Assembly (NCBI GenBank): GCA_021432655.1
Contig: MU271220.1
Span: 1 to 64,000 of the forward strand
Source: Atractiella rhizophila
Lineage: Eukaryota
Reading direction: 5' to 3'
Length of the DNA: 64,000 bases
The position numbers and the translations under genes are program-made. The notes under the pieces are model-generated. The model saw only the letters and a list, made by a program, of their open reading frames with translations, did no database searches and had not been told where the DNA came from. This document shows positions 1 through 13,234 of the stretch, piece after piece; the stretch's first letter is position 1, and every line of letters begins with the position of its first letter.

Positions 1-104
1 TATAGGGACGGCAATGTCCAATTATCCCTTCCCTAACTAGGCTCAGGTTGTGTTGTTGTTATCCACGATACGATATGCCCACAATCAACAAAGCTCACAT
101 GTAG

Positions 105-3100
105 ATTTTACCAGATCTACTTGTGTCAGCGTACACCACCTCATCAGTTTTGTTGAAAGACAATGAGAGCGTCTCGATTGAGTATTACAAGCCAAAGTCG
201 ACTGCCTCCACAAGGCGGTCCAAACCAATGAAAGACAAGGAATCAATAATAGTTCAGTTCCGAGACTCTAAAGGATGGGAAGTAGGGAGGATACAGAAAT
301 CAGACGCCAAATTTGTGTGTACTTTGTTTGCCAATCTCTGTGTTAACTCATGAGTGATGAAGATCTCACGCTTGATCGACCAAGAGATAGTTCAGTTTGA
401 GGGAACGGTCGTCAGTGCACCAGATCGTGCCAGATCCGGAAGTGATGTTATTCTCAGCTTGAGAGCTTACATCCTTCCCAATGCTTTCGTATCTCCATCA
501 TTGTCGGATTTCCATGAGGAAGGAAAGAAGGCAATCGAAGTCGGATGGGACAAACCTTCGGCGGAAACTTCAATAGAAAAGATGCTTCGCGAGCGAAAGA
601 CTGCACTTACCAAATTGTTTGAAAAGATCGGCCTTACCCCAGTAGAGTCAACATCCATAAGCAAGCGTAACGCGGTCGGCTTGTCGTCCACGGTGCAGGC
701 AAAGGAGAAGAACCAAAAGAGAAAAGAAGAACATCACATTATTATAGCAGACTCAGATGAGGAGGGTCAACTGGACGAAGAGCAAATTAAGAGCGTATTC
801 CATACATCGTCATCTTCAAATCTCACCCTTCCTCTACTCCAGCCACCTAATACTTTCGCTCTGGCACTGCGCCCCTATCAACAACAAGCTCTCCATTGGT
901 TGGTCTCAAAGGAATCTTCTTCTTTAACCCCTTCTCAGAGATCTATCCATCCGCTATGGGAGACATACCTCTTCCCTGTCCTCCCAGAACAGAAGCAAAT
1001 GGAGCAATTCGAAATACAGGAGAAATTTTATGTCAATCCCTACTCTGGAGAGGTGAGTTCTTGTTCATCGTATTTCGGCTCTTCGCCCCTGACTTGTCTT
1101 CGAGTCAGGCATCGCTAGATTTTCCTCATGCAAGCAAAGCGAGTCGAGGTGGCATTCTTGCTGATGAAATGGGTACGTGCACCTTTACCCTTGCGAGTGC
1201 ACTGACTGAGAAAAATACCGTATTCAGGCCTTGGGAAGACAATTCAGATTGCTGCTCTGATCCATCACAATCGCCCAGGTGGCGACCAATCTGACGAAGA
1301 GAAAGAAGACGGAGAAGACGTAAATGACAGTGACCCAATGGACGGCGTTCCCAACCACGATGTTGTGCATTTGCCTTCCAGCAGCACAACCAGGATTGTG
1401 TCCCGGAAGGCAAGAAATAGAAGACCTCATCAGACGCTGGTAGTGACACCAATGTCGCTAATGGCTCAGTGGGAATCTGAGCTAGTTCGCTGCAATGCGT
1501 CGACAAAGAAAAATCACTTGAAAATCGTGATGCATTACGGATCCGGAAGAGGAAAGGTGGACGACGCAGCCGATGTGGTTATTACGAGCTACGGTACACT
1601 GGCCTCTGAAGGGGACAGGAAGGACGGGTTGCTTGACAGGAACTGGTATAGGTACGCATGTTTTTTTCATTCATAATAAAGATTTGTTGAAAGAAATGCT
1701 AGAGTCGTTCTTGATGAGGCTCATAACATCAAAAGTAGAAACACCAAAACAGCACGAGCATGCTACCAGATCAAGGCCCGCAGAAGATTTGCGGTCACTG
1801 GGACCCCTATCCTCAACCGGCTGGAAGATCTATGGAGCTTGTTACACTTCCTTCGGGTTGAGCCATGGGGCGCTTACGTGTGTCTTACCTGGACCGTTCC
1901 ACCGACAAGTACTTACTGTTCCTAGGCATTTTTCCGAACTTTTGTTACGATTCCATTCAGCAAGGGAGACAATAAAGCTCTGGACATCGTCCAAGTAATT
2001 CTTGAAGGACTCCGTGAGTTCAAGTCTAGTTTGAAATGGACGTCTGACGTGTCTGCCAAGTTTTACGGCGCGAGAAAAACATGAAAACAGCAGATGGGTT
2101 GCCTATCATTCCACTGCCGGAAAAGAAAATTATCAGAGAGCGCATTGCGCTCTCTAAGGAGGAGCGAAAGATTTATGACATCATTTTCCATAATTCGAAA
2201 AGCATATTCGACAGAATGCGATCCGAGGGCTCTGTCCTAAAGAATTTCACCGCCATATTTGCTGTCCTCCTTCGACTTCGTCTTTGCGTACTTCATCCAG
2301 CTCTCGCTCTGAAAAAAGGCACAGTGGAACTTGGCGGAGATGAGGAAGATATTGAACAAATGATTGAGAAATACGCAGCAGAGGGGGATGGGTTCAAAGG
2401 GGATACTCTCAAGGAATTGCTTGCGAAAACCGAAGACGATGAGAGTGAATGCAGCATATGCTTCAATATCATGGAGACGCCGGTATTTATCAGGAAGTGT
2501 ATGCATAAATGCTGCAGGGACTGCATTCTGGATTACATTGAGCGTAGGCGCTTGACTTTCGACAACATTGGATCGCTCATTCTGCTTAGGTCTGGAGGGT
2601 AACGGCGAGACAGCAAGGTGCCCAATTTGCTCTCAGGGTCCAATATCTACGTCAAATGACCTTCTGGAAGTGGTTTCTCGAATCCAAAACACTGGCAACA
2701 AACACGGCAAACCTGCCACCTTACTTGCTTCAGCTTCATCTGAAGATGAAGCCCCCCCAAAAAACCAGTTATTGCTTCGAAGTTCGAAATTCAACTCGTC
2801 CACAAAACTCGACAGATTGATCTGGCATCTGAAGACAATCTTGCAAGATGGTTCGGCCAAGGTCGTTGTGTTTTCGCAATTTACTAGCTTTTTGAACATA
2901 GTTGAAGTTGCTTTGAAGCGTGAGAGCTATTCGTGAGTTCCAACGCTCAACCTGCCGCACCATTGACCTGCATTGACCCGCTGCATCAGATTTAGCCGAT
3001 TTGATGGCAGCATGTCGCAGAAGAACCGAGTTAGCGCCTTGAGTAAATTTGCCGAAACAGACTGCCCCATCTTACTGTGAGGACCATCCTGCCCACATCT

Positions 3101-3461
3101 TAAGGCACTGAAAAAAGGCACAGTGCCAGTCTCAAGGCTGGTGGCGTTGGACTAAACCTCGTTGCTGCCAATACCGTTATTCTTCTGGACGTTTGGTGGA
3201 ATGCGGCAATCACAGACCAATCCATCGATCGGTGCGTGTTTACTCGAAGGTATACGGTAACTGAGATCCACCAGTGTTCATCGTTTTGGCCAAACCCGAG
3301 ATGTCAAAGTAATCGTCATCACAATTGAAGATTCTATCGAGGATCGAATGCTCGCAATTCAGCAGAGGAAGAAGGCGATGGTTACGGGAGCTCTCAACCA
3401 AGGAACTCAGGAAAGTAGACAAGAGATGTTGAAAAACTTGGAGGAGATCTTTCAGTCATAA
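105..3461 (+). CDS. RAD5: DNA repair protein Rad5 (HIRAN + SNF2 helicase + RING E3 ligase); multi-exon, 5' end probably upstream of the window
   Basis: HIRAN-like N-terminus ([16 protein letters not shown]); [64 protein letters not shown]...CMHKCCRDC...CPIC; SSTKL...[23 protein letters not shown]; stop TAA 3459-3461. Confidence 0.93.
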
Positions 3462-3736
3462 GATGGACCAAATGTCGTTCTGGAGGTGAATTACTGCTTG
3501 TGGGTTCGATAATCCAAATGCTGCCACTGAGGAACAGCGTCTCCATGTCACTTCATCTGCCGTCGGGACATGTGGAGAAATAAAAAGGACCACCACCAGA
3601 ATTTAATCCACACTACTTATTGAAAATGTCCGACTGAAATGGAAATATATGTAGGGACTGCTGTATGCACAAACTCAAATGCATGCCGAATTGGAAGAAC
3701 GAGATGCTAACAGTGAACATCACAAACGGCGTCGCA

Positions 3737-6660
3737 CTAATCTCCCAAACTCTTATGAGTAGTCAATGCGTTCAGAACATCCTACTCAGCCATGTTAGAC
3801 CAAACATTTCAGAGAGAGAGACAAACAGGGGAGATAGGAATCGTCGATTTTCTCCGGACGTGCATATTGTCACCACCAGGAGATTGAGGTGGATTTATAT
3901 CTCCCGGGAATGGCTGTCGCTTTATGCCATGTTTCAATGACGGCCGTGAATTTGCAAAGAGAGAATCGTACTGCGATAGCGCCTTCCTGGGCCTGACTTG
4001 CAACATTTGAGAACACTGTCCCAACCTCTTCTGACGGAGAAGGGGGGCCTTGTGCGAACTCTCCTTCGTACACCAGAGGATTCTCAATCATTTCCGGGGT
4101 GTTGGTATCAACAACAGCGAGCGGCTGCAGTGGTTGGGTTAGATACGCCGGAGGCACGCCTTGGAAATTTTGGAGCGCTTTGGACTGCACTCCATTCCAA
4201 GCTTCATCACGAAGCCTCCTGCGATCCACCTCAGCTTGGCGCTCTTTCCGATATTCTTCGTTACACTGATCGTAAAGTTCGCTAAAACGTCTTTAGTTGA
4301 ATCCCAGTGAGGAAAGGGGGTGCTTGCGCGTTGATTTCATTACAAAGCTTGAGAGCATTGTATATCAAGGAATGGATCTGCCTGTTCCAATGCGTGCGCC
4401 AGTTGGTGACAAGTGGTCCGAAGATCACAGGCAAAAGACTGTGAAGATTCTCGCCTACGAAACGCCTAATGAATAACATGTACCTTAAAGAAAAGGAATA
4501 ATCTACCCATCAAGTTCACGGCGTACTCGAGGAAAGTTAGTAAGATGAAGGAATCAACAAAAAAGACACACTTCGTTATTAAACTGCCATACTTTCAGTC
4601 AGTAAAGAAAGAACGGTTCCAGGTGAACATACAAGGAACAAGGCTAGGAGTAAAGCAAGCGAATATTAGGAGAGTTAGGGTGTATAACGGAGAGAGCACA
4701 CCTCTTTCGGAAACCTGAGTCTGACATTAACGAATGTACATGAACAAATCGGAGACAACGAACCTGAAAGTGCTGGCTGCCGAAACATTTGGCTAGTTGC
4801 CGGAATAGAGGGATCATGATCTTCTGGAACTCAGCAGGCTCAATGATGTCGATGAGCTCTTCAATTTCATTCAAGAACATCACTTCTTTCTGTAATAGAG
4901 TGGCTCAATTGAGAATGGCACTGAATTTGTAAGAAACGACGAACTTGAGCGTTCACTTTGGGCCAGAAGCGCAGGAGACCCTTGACGACATCCTCCGTCA
5001 GCCCGGGGTCTTTTTCGAGGAACTGTAGCACGCAATATGACAATTGAGGGTGGAAAAGCGACAGTCCTTTGGCCTGAGACTACTTCAGCAAAGTGCAAAC
5101 ATGGCAGCAAACATACCTTGTGAAGCGGAATGAGCACTTTGAAGAGAAAATTCTTGTGCTCATCCTTCAGGGGTAAAGCGAACCCATTGATGATGCTGCC
5201 CAGAATTTCCAGCAGCTCAGCAATACCATTATGGCTCTCCGACTCATAAGTGAATTGAAAAAAGATGTTATTCATGGATCGTCGAATGAAGGCTCGCAGA
5301 TTGAGGAATTTGCCGTAGATGCGGTGCAATGTCGTCTTCAAAAAGTCTCGCTCTCTCGGATCTTCACTATCGAAAAGCTCAAGAAGCTTTTCCCATGTCA
5401 ATTTAAAACCGGAATCCCGCCAGATAGACGAACCTGCACAACAAATCCTTGGTCTATGTATCGTTTGGCAATATTGGTGTTGAAGTCTTGTGCCTCTATG
5501 AAACGCAAGAACAGTTCATAGACGATTTGTAAATGTGGCCATGCCAATTCAAGAACGGGCTCGTCTTCTTCTGGGTCGAAGGCATCGCCAGTTGGATTGA
5601 CCGGAGGGGGTATCGTTCGGAAGAGATTCGACGCAAACTGAGTCAAATTTCAGAACAAACAATGCAGAAATGATAGACCGCATCGTACCATGGCCACGAC
5701 TTCAGGGTAGACGGATTCTATAATAACTCCTCGCTGAGTGGTAATGTATTCCAAGAGCTCCTGAAGGGTGATTGACTTGACATGTTTAGATGACAGGTCG
5801 CTGGAAGGATCATTAAAATCAAAGACGACAGAACATTGCTGGAGTTTTTTGATGAGGAGATTGTGCCGATCTGCTGCTGAAACCTCTGTACTCTGCTGTT
5901 AGTACCAGTTCGCTCGCTCATAAGCAAACGGACCTCCAAAGCCGGGGAGTTTGTGCAATTCAACCTTCTCATCTTTCGTCTGAAACCTACTGCTCATCTG
6001 CTTCTTAGGTGTCTTCGCGATCGGAATCGTATCCCTGCCCACACCAGGCACATTCTTCAACTTGTTGATCGGGCCGGCCTTTGGCGGCGTCGCACCGACA
6101 GAGGCAGGTGACATAGGGCCGCCTTTTGGGGGGGTAGAAGTAGGAGAAGAGGTCCCTTGTTTTGCACCGGCGCGTAAAGAAATCGCGCCTCCAGGAACTG
6201 GATGGTGCGGGCTGGCTGAAGGATGCGGAAGGAGATCCGGCGTCATAGTCTCAGTGGAGATTGGAGCCTGTGCTATTTCACCGACTATTCCTTTACGCAT
6301 CGAAAGACTCACATTGTCCGAGCTCACTACGACTATTGGTGCATTCTTATCCCTACTTCCTCCAGCTGAAGACGCGGCTGCAGCACTCCCGTTGGACTTG
6401 TCCTTCTTATCCCTCCCAAAACCGAGATTTCCAATAAACCCACTACCTGGTCTGCTGCTCGCTTTAGCCTCTTTCTCGCTCTTCGGCGTTAGATCGGTTT
6501 GAGAGCTGTTGGGCGAGGGGACTGGAGAGTTATCGCCTTTCTTCTTGGTGAGGGATGAACTCGAGGAGTTGCCGTTCGAGAGGAATGTTGATCCGTTGCC
6601 CCCTTGGTTGAGGTCTTTGTCTTTGGACCTGCTGAGAAGTGATTTCTTGAGACTTTTCAT
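3737..6660 (-). CDS. RTS1: Protein phosphatase 2A regulatory subunit B' (B56, Rts1/Par1-like); many short exons
   Basis: [73 protein letters not shown]; spliced C-terminus [26 protein letters not shown] ending at 3737. Confidence 0.96.
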
Positions 6661-6792
6661 CGTTTTATATAGTATTGTTTCGTCGTTCGTGCCACTTCTG
6701 GGTCGACATTCGAACTAGAGAGCAACCAGAGCATCTCAACTCTGCTCTCAACTCTGACTCAAGTGAGCTACCTTTATCATTGGAAAGGTCAA

Positions 6793-7474
6793 ATGTCAAA
6801 CATAAACAATCTGCTACCCATCTTGCACCACTGTGATGGCCTCTGCCGCTCCTTCTCCCAGTCTCACGCCGCGCAATACCAATACGTCCGATCCATCAGC
6901 AGCTCCCTCCAACAACTCTCTCATCTACGGAAGCTCGCCCGAACCCACCCCAACAACCCTATGAGCTCCTCCACCCTCCGACTGAACGCATCTCAAAGGC
7001 TCCAAACGAACGTAAATGAGTGTCTGGCCGGATTGAGAGACGAGTTGAAGAAGATGGAAGTCATCAGTGAATCCCTCGACAAGCTGCTGTTCGAAGTGGA
7101 GATCTTGCTTGCGGAGCCTGGCACGAGGGACACGTTTGGTTTAAATCCAGAACAGACGACTAAGAGGGTAGGAGCAGTGGCAGGCGGAGTCAAAGAGGTA
7201 CGGCTCTCTTTCGCGGCAATCGATAGGCGTGAAAACAATTCTGTTTTACAAGGAGCTGTTGAGGAGACGAGAGCTCCTTGCGGATATGCCTTGGGATGAA
7301 GATGATGAGCAGGAAGATATTGTGGGGATGCAAGAGTGGGAATCAAACTGGGCTCAAATGCTGGAATATGATCGAGTCGAGAAAGAGGAGATGGACGAGC
7401 TGACAGACGTTCTCGCTTCGACGATCAAAAGCCAGCATGTAAATGAAGAAAGGGACAAGATGGACATGTCGTGA
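6793..7474 (+). CDS. Hypothetical coiled-coil protein (two exons)
   Basis: ORF 6763-7299 (first ATG 6793) joins ORF 7229-7474 via GAG|gtacgg...tacaag|GAG; helical, acidic C-terminus; no family recognised. Confidence 0.6.
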
Positions 7475-7541
7475 TGCTTGTAACCAATCAGTTGTACCGT
7501 TCAATTGTCTTGTAACATTGAGCAAGAAATGTAATCTCATT

Positions 7542-8112
7542 TCAAGCATACCGTTCGACCTGGTTCAGCTTCCTCGCCGTTCTATGATTAGTGGTCGTCC
7601 GTTGACCTCTGACTGGCAGTCGCATGGCATGCCTCCTCCCTCTATATGTGCCTATCATCCTATGCCGTGCAATGTTATTCCTGACCAGCCTCCTCAGATC
7701 CTGCAAAATCGGTATCTTCTCCAACAAGTCCCTCTTCTTCGGCTTCTCCATCTTCTTTTCCCGGTACGTCGGCCCCTGTTGAGGGATGGAGATGACTGTT
7801 TCTGGGTTGGTGAAGCCGGGAATGGAAGGAAGACATATGGGGAAGGATCGTTTGGCGTAGGACTGCGACGCGGTTTGAGGAGAGGAGAGCAGGGCGGAGA
7901 GGGCGTTAACTTGGACGGGAGTCAATTCACCCACGGTGACGGTGGAATGGAACGATAGACGGGCGCATAAACGACGCGCTGTTGTGTGTCCAATGCCAGG
8001 AAAGGCGGTCAAAGCGACCTACGACAAAGTCACCTCCACATCCCCTCCTTTACAATGAAGCACTTGCCTTCAATATCTTTTGCTCTGGAAGATTAACACC
8101 AAGGATATGCAT
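7542..8112 (-). CDS. SWS2: Mitochondrial small-subunit ribosomal protein uS13m (Sws2-like)
   Basis: [33 protein letters not shown]...[27 protein letters not shown]; one GC-AG intron 8019-8067. Confidence 0.93.
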
Positions 8113-8476
8113 CTTGCGTTAGAATATCTATGCAATGGCTAAGTGAGGCTGAAGAAGTACAGAGGTAATGGTAATCCAATGGTCGAAGTCGAAAAGTTAA
8201 AAGTCCAAGCGGGCGGAATAAGTGTGGCCTGTACCACCCTGTGTTTTATGAAGGCTCGTCGCGTGATCATTCCATCGTTCATGGTCAACGACTTTTCGTT
8301 CTTGTGCCATTCTCGCTGTGAGTATTTCTTTGCTGGCTTCTGTGCTGAATCCTCAGCGCTACTTAGACCTCATTCAACGATGAAGTATTGCAACTAGGCC
8401 TCAGTCCACAAGCTCTGAGGCCTTCCCCACGTCACTTCCCCCGCAATTTCACAACTGGCACCCTGGCACAGCAAGC

Positions 8477-10189
8477 ATGTCCCATCATCTTCAGTTCCTC
8501 GCAAATTCTCCTCCCCAAAACACATCAGACCTCTCTCTGCTGGGTCCCTTTCATGCCGGCTCAACTTGGGTCGGCACGCAGACCAATGGGAGGAAGAGTT
8601 ACGGTGTCCGCGTTACCATCCTCTCCGTCGATACAGCTCATAGCAAACTCGACGGCTATCTTTCTATCAGAGGTCTGACTCGGGACATTGAGGTATGCCC
8701 TCTTCTTCTGCAGATGCGGTTTGGTTGCTCAAGGGTGAACTCGGTAGGAGTTGACGACCTATTTCGAGGGAGAGATCCTTGGCCTTCCGACCGGAGATGG
8801 GCTCCACGAAACGGATTCTCTCAATCAAACCCACGACAGAGGGGTTGGATTTTTAACGCCGGATTGGGCTACGGAAGCTGAGGATTTGAAGCATTGGGTG
8901 CGTTTTTGCTCATGGATCTTGACTTGCTTGACATACTCGGCGACTAGTCGAGATTTCCGCCATTCCTACCCTTGAAACAGAGTGCTGCATCCTCTCAATC
9001 TGTGCTCCCCGAAAAGTACAAATATGACCCCGACAAGCCCAATGGGAAACATGTCTTCATGAGATGGAAGGAGAAGTGGGTAACCTCTTCATTACGTACT
9101 AACCGTTGCTCAGCTTGATCTTGCAGATTCGTGGTTCCAGACCACACCGTCACAGACATTCGCGGCGCGAGTTACGAAGGTATGCATCTCTTTAGCATCC
9201 ACAAAAGGTCAACATTCAAACTCTTCATTGCAGGCTTTTATGTACGGGCTTAGCTCCATCGTGTTCTTTCTGACGATTTGGAGCAGTATGTCTGCGTTTC
9301 TTTCGAGCGTCCATCCCTGCCGCCACAGTCAAAGCCCTCCAAAAAGCCTTCCCGCTTGCAGAAATCTGTCAGCAGCAGCACAATTCCGACGTCTCCGTCT
9401 CTCGCTCGCTCAGCATCCATGAGTCCAACTAGACCGACGGTTCGACTTCCTCAGACATCCGTCCTCGCGCGGTCCACCTCTCCTGCGACAGGCGCAAACG
9501 CCACGCCAATTACCTTCAGTTCACCTCCCCGTCCAGCATTCTCCTACGCCGCCGCTGTCCGCCGGAATTCAACGTCTGCCCCTTCAGACGCTCGCCCATC
9601 CTTTCAACGCACCAGAGCTCAATCGACCTCGAGCACCATGACGCGACCGATCTTCCCTTATCCCACGCCCCCTCGCGAGCCTGTCCCCCTCCCGGACGTT
9701 GGTATAAATGTGATCCCTGACACGATCATCGAAGACGCGGACGAGCAAGCGCAGAAGAGCGAAGACCATTCCGAAGTCTCGTCGCCAGCCCAAGCTCCGC
9801 AGACATTTTCGTTCTCTGACGGAGATTTCCCCGGAATGCCATCCCCTACTTCTCCATCTGCGTCATTGCCCGCTTTGACCCCGAGTCCACGAAGGTGTGA
9901 TAACATTTCCCCCGAAAGAACAAAGGAGAAGGTTGAGAAACCTATTACCTACCCCGCTGATCCCTTTTGCGAGGACGACGAGGAGGAATTCACGATGCAG
10001 GCTCACACTTCCGCTTGGAAGTACGCCACGATGAACGGGTTCTACTACCATGCCAATTCGGAGGCGAGTCTTCCATCATATTACTGCGCTTATTATCCGC
10101 TGACTGATCCAATGCAGCCTTTTCAAGAAATTAAATTGTCTTATGCTGACTTCTGGAGCGGGAGTAGAGGATCGATCGTCGTGGCTTAG
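8477..10189 (+). CDS. GID4: GID complex substrate receptor Gid4/Vid24 (Pro/N-degron recognin), copy 1
   Basis: GSTWVGTQ...YGVRVTILSVD...GYLSIRGLT...LTTYFEGEI...DLKHW..F...[32 protein letters not shown]...MNGFYYHANSE|PFQEIKL. Confidence 0.88.
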
Positions 10190-10642
10190 TGCTACCTACA
10201 AGTTTGTTTAATCAGTAGAAATTATTGCTCTTTCTATCTCTTCCGCTGTCTTCTTCAGTGATGTCTTAAAAGAGAGGATGTTTCTTGTACATTAGCTTGG
10301 GATTCGGTGCAACTGTTGATACTATGTCCATTCTCCACGACTGCTACCTGCTACCATGACGTCTATGGACATCACATAATGTAACCCGAACAAAATGGGA
10401 GTTTCTGAGGAGCTGTGAAGATTGTGCTCAAATGCCCACAGCCAGCGTGGAGGGCTGGTGCATGCGCTGGTGGAGGTAATACCGAAGGCCATTTGGGAAA
10501 GCTCTTCGCTGTGCTCCGATGGCCGCGGCGAACAAAAAATCGACCTTTTTGATCGATTCCCAACCACCAACATCTTCACCACCAACAGCCTCCAGAACTT
10601 TGATCAACCCTTTCTCGCGTAGCTAACTCTTGCCATATCAAA

Positions 10643-10960
10643 ATGTCTCAAGCAGTGTGAGTATCCCTGCTTTCCTGCCATCGAAAAGCATCCGCTCATC
10701 TTTCGATCCATGACAGCGGTGATATCGGTGTAAGTTTTGCTCGATAGCATGGATGTGGCGGTCTGAGCCATCATCTCTAGCTTATCGGTCTGGCAGTCAT
10801 GGGCCAGAACTTGAGTGAGTTGATTTTCTATTTCGCGGGATGAACGCTGACTGATGGGACAGTTCTCAACATGTAAGCCTATTCGATCAGCTTCATCGTG
10901 CCGTATTCATGGGTCGATTTGCTGGTAATTCAGGGCGTGAGTATCCTGCTTCTCTGAAGG
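10643..10960 (+). pseudogene. 5' fragment (exons 1-5) of the 6-phosphogluconate dehydrogenase gene, truncated at the duplication junction
   Basis: Same sequence as 13235-13552; ends inside intron 5 at the junction; probably an assembly copy rather than a true pseudogene. Confidence 0.8.
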
Positions 10961-11065
10961 ATTCAACGATGAAGTATTGCAACTAGGCCTCAGTCCACAA
11001 GCTCTGAGGCCTTCCCCACGTCACTTCCCCCGCAATTTCACAACTGGCACCCTGGCACAGCAAGC

Positions 11066-12781
11066 ATGTCCCATCATCTTCAGTTCCTCGCAAATTCTCC
11101 TCCCCAAAACACATCAGACCTCTCTCTGCTGGGTCCCTTTCATGCCGGCTCAACTTGGGTCGGCACGCAGACCAATGGGAGGAAGAGTTACGGTGTCCGC
11201 GTTACCATCCTCTCCGTCGATACAGCTCATAGCAAACTCGACGGCTATCTTTCTATCAGAGGTCTGACTCGGGACATTGAGGTATGCCCTCTTCTTCTGC
11301 AGATGCGGTTTGGTTGCTCAAGGGTGAACTCGGTAGGAGTTGACGACCTATTTCGAGGGAGAGATCCTTGGCCTTCCGACCGGAGATGGGCTCCACGAAA
11401 CGGATTCTCTCAATCAAACCCACGACAGAGGGGTTGGATTTTTAACGCCGGATTGGGCTACGGAAGCTGAGGATTTGAAGCATTGGGTGCGTTTTTGCTC
11501 ATGGATCTTGACTTGCTTGACATACTCGGCGACTAGTCGAGATTTCCGCCATTCCTACCCTTGAAACAGAGTGCTGCATCCTCTCAATCTGTGCTCCCCG
11601 AAAAGTACAAATATGACCCCGACAAGCCTAATGGGAAACATGTCTTCATGAGATGGAAGGAGAAGTCAGTTTCCTCTTCATTACGTACTAACTGGTGCTC
11701 AGTTTGATCTTGCAGATTCGTGGTACCAGACCACACTGTCACAGACATTCGCGGCGCGAGTTACGAAGGTATGCATCTCTTCAGCATCCACAAAAGGTGA
11801 ATATTCAAACTCTTCCTTGCAGGCTTTTATGTACGGAGCTTAGCTTTCAGTGTGTTTCTTTCTAACGATTTGAAGCAGTATGTTTGCGTTTCTTTCGAGC
11901 GTCCATCCCTGCCACCACAGTCGAAGCCCGCCAGAAAGCCTTCCCGCTTGCAGAAATCTGTTAGCAGCAGCACAATTCCGACGTCTCCGTCTCTCGCTCG
12001 CTCGGCATCCATGAGTCCAACTAGACCGACGGTTCGACTTCCTCAGACATCTGTCCTCGCGCGGTCCACCTCTCCTGCGACAGGCGCAAACGCCACGCCA
12101 ATTACCTTCAGTTCACCTCCCCGTCCAGCATTCTCCTACGCCGCTGCTGTCCGCCGGAATTCAACGTCTGCCCCTTCAGACGCTCGCCCTTCCTTTCAAC
12201 GCACCAGAGCTCAATCGACCTCGAGCACCATGACGCGACCGATCTTCCCTTATCCCACGCCCCCTCGCGAGCCTGTCCCCCTCCCGGACGTTGGTATAAA
12301 TGTGATCCCTGACACGATCATCGAAGACGCGGACGAGCAAGCGCAGAAGAGCGAAGACCATTCCGAAGTCTCGTCGCCAGCCCAAGCTCCGCAGACATTT
12401 TCGTTCTCTGACGGAGATTTCCCCGGAATGCCATCCCCTACTTCTCCATCTGCGTCATTGCCCGCTTTGACCCCGAGTCCACGAAGGTGTGATAACATTT
12501 CCCCCGAAAGAACAAAGGAGAAGGTTGAGAAACCTATTACCTACCCCGCTGATCCCTTTTGCGAGGACGACGAGGAGGAATTCACGATGCAGGCTCACAC
12601 TTCCGCTTGGAAGTACGCCACGATGAACGGGTTCTACTACCATGCCAATTCGGAGGCGAGTCTTCCACCATATTACTGCGCTTATTATCCGCTGACTGAT
12701 CCAATGCAGCCTTTTCAAGAGATTAAATTGTCTTATGCTGACTTCTGGAGCGGGAGTAGAGGATCGATCGTAGTGGCTTAG
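11066..12781 (+). CDS. GID4: Gid4/Vid24, copy 2 (allele-like duplicate)
   Basis: Same exon structure as copy 1; differences mostly intronic or synonymous, plus SKPSKK to SKPARK. Confidence 0.8.
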
Positions 12782-13234
12782 TGCTACCTACAAGTTTGTT
12801 TAATCAGTAGAAATTATTGCTCTTTCTATCTCTTCCGCTGTCTTCTTCAGTGATGTCTTAAAAGAGAGGATGTTTCTTGTACATTAGCTTGGGATTCGGT
12901 GCAACTGTTGATACTATGTCCATTCTCCACGACTGCTACCTGCTACCATGACGTCTATGGACATCACATAATGTAACCCGAACAAAATGGGAGTTTCTGA
13001 GGAGCTGTGAAGATTGTGCTCAAATGCCCACAGCCAGCGTGGAGGGCTGGTGCATGCGCTGGTGGAGGTAATACCGAAGGCCATTTGGGAAAGCTCTTCG
13101 CTGTGCTCCGATGGCCGCGGCGAACAAAAAATCGACCTTTTTGATCGATTCCCAACCACCAACATCTTCACCACCAACAGCCTCCAGAACTTTGATCAAC
13201 CCTTTCTCGCGTAGCTAACTCTTGCCATATCAAA

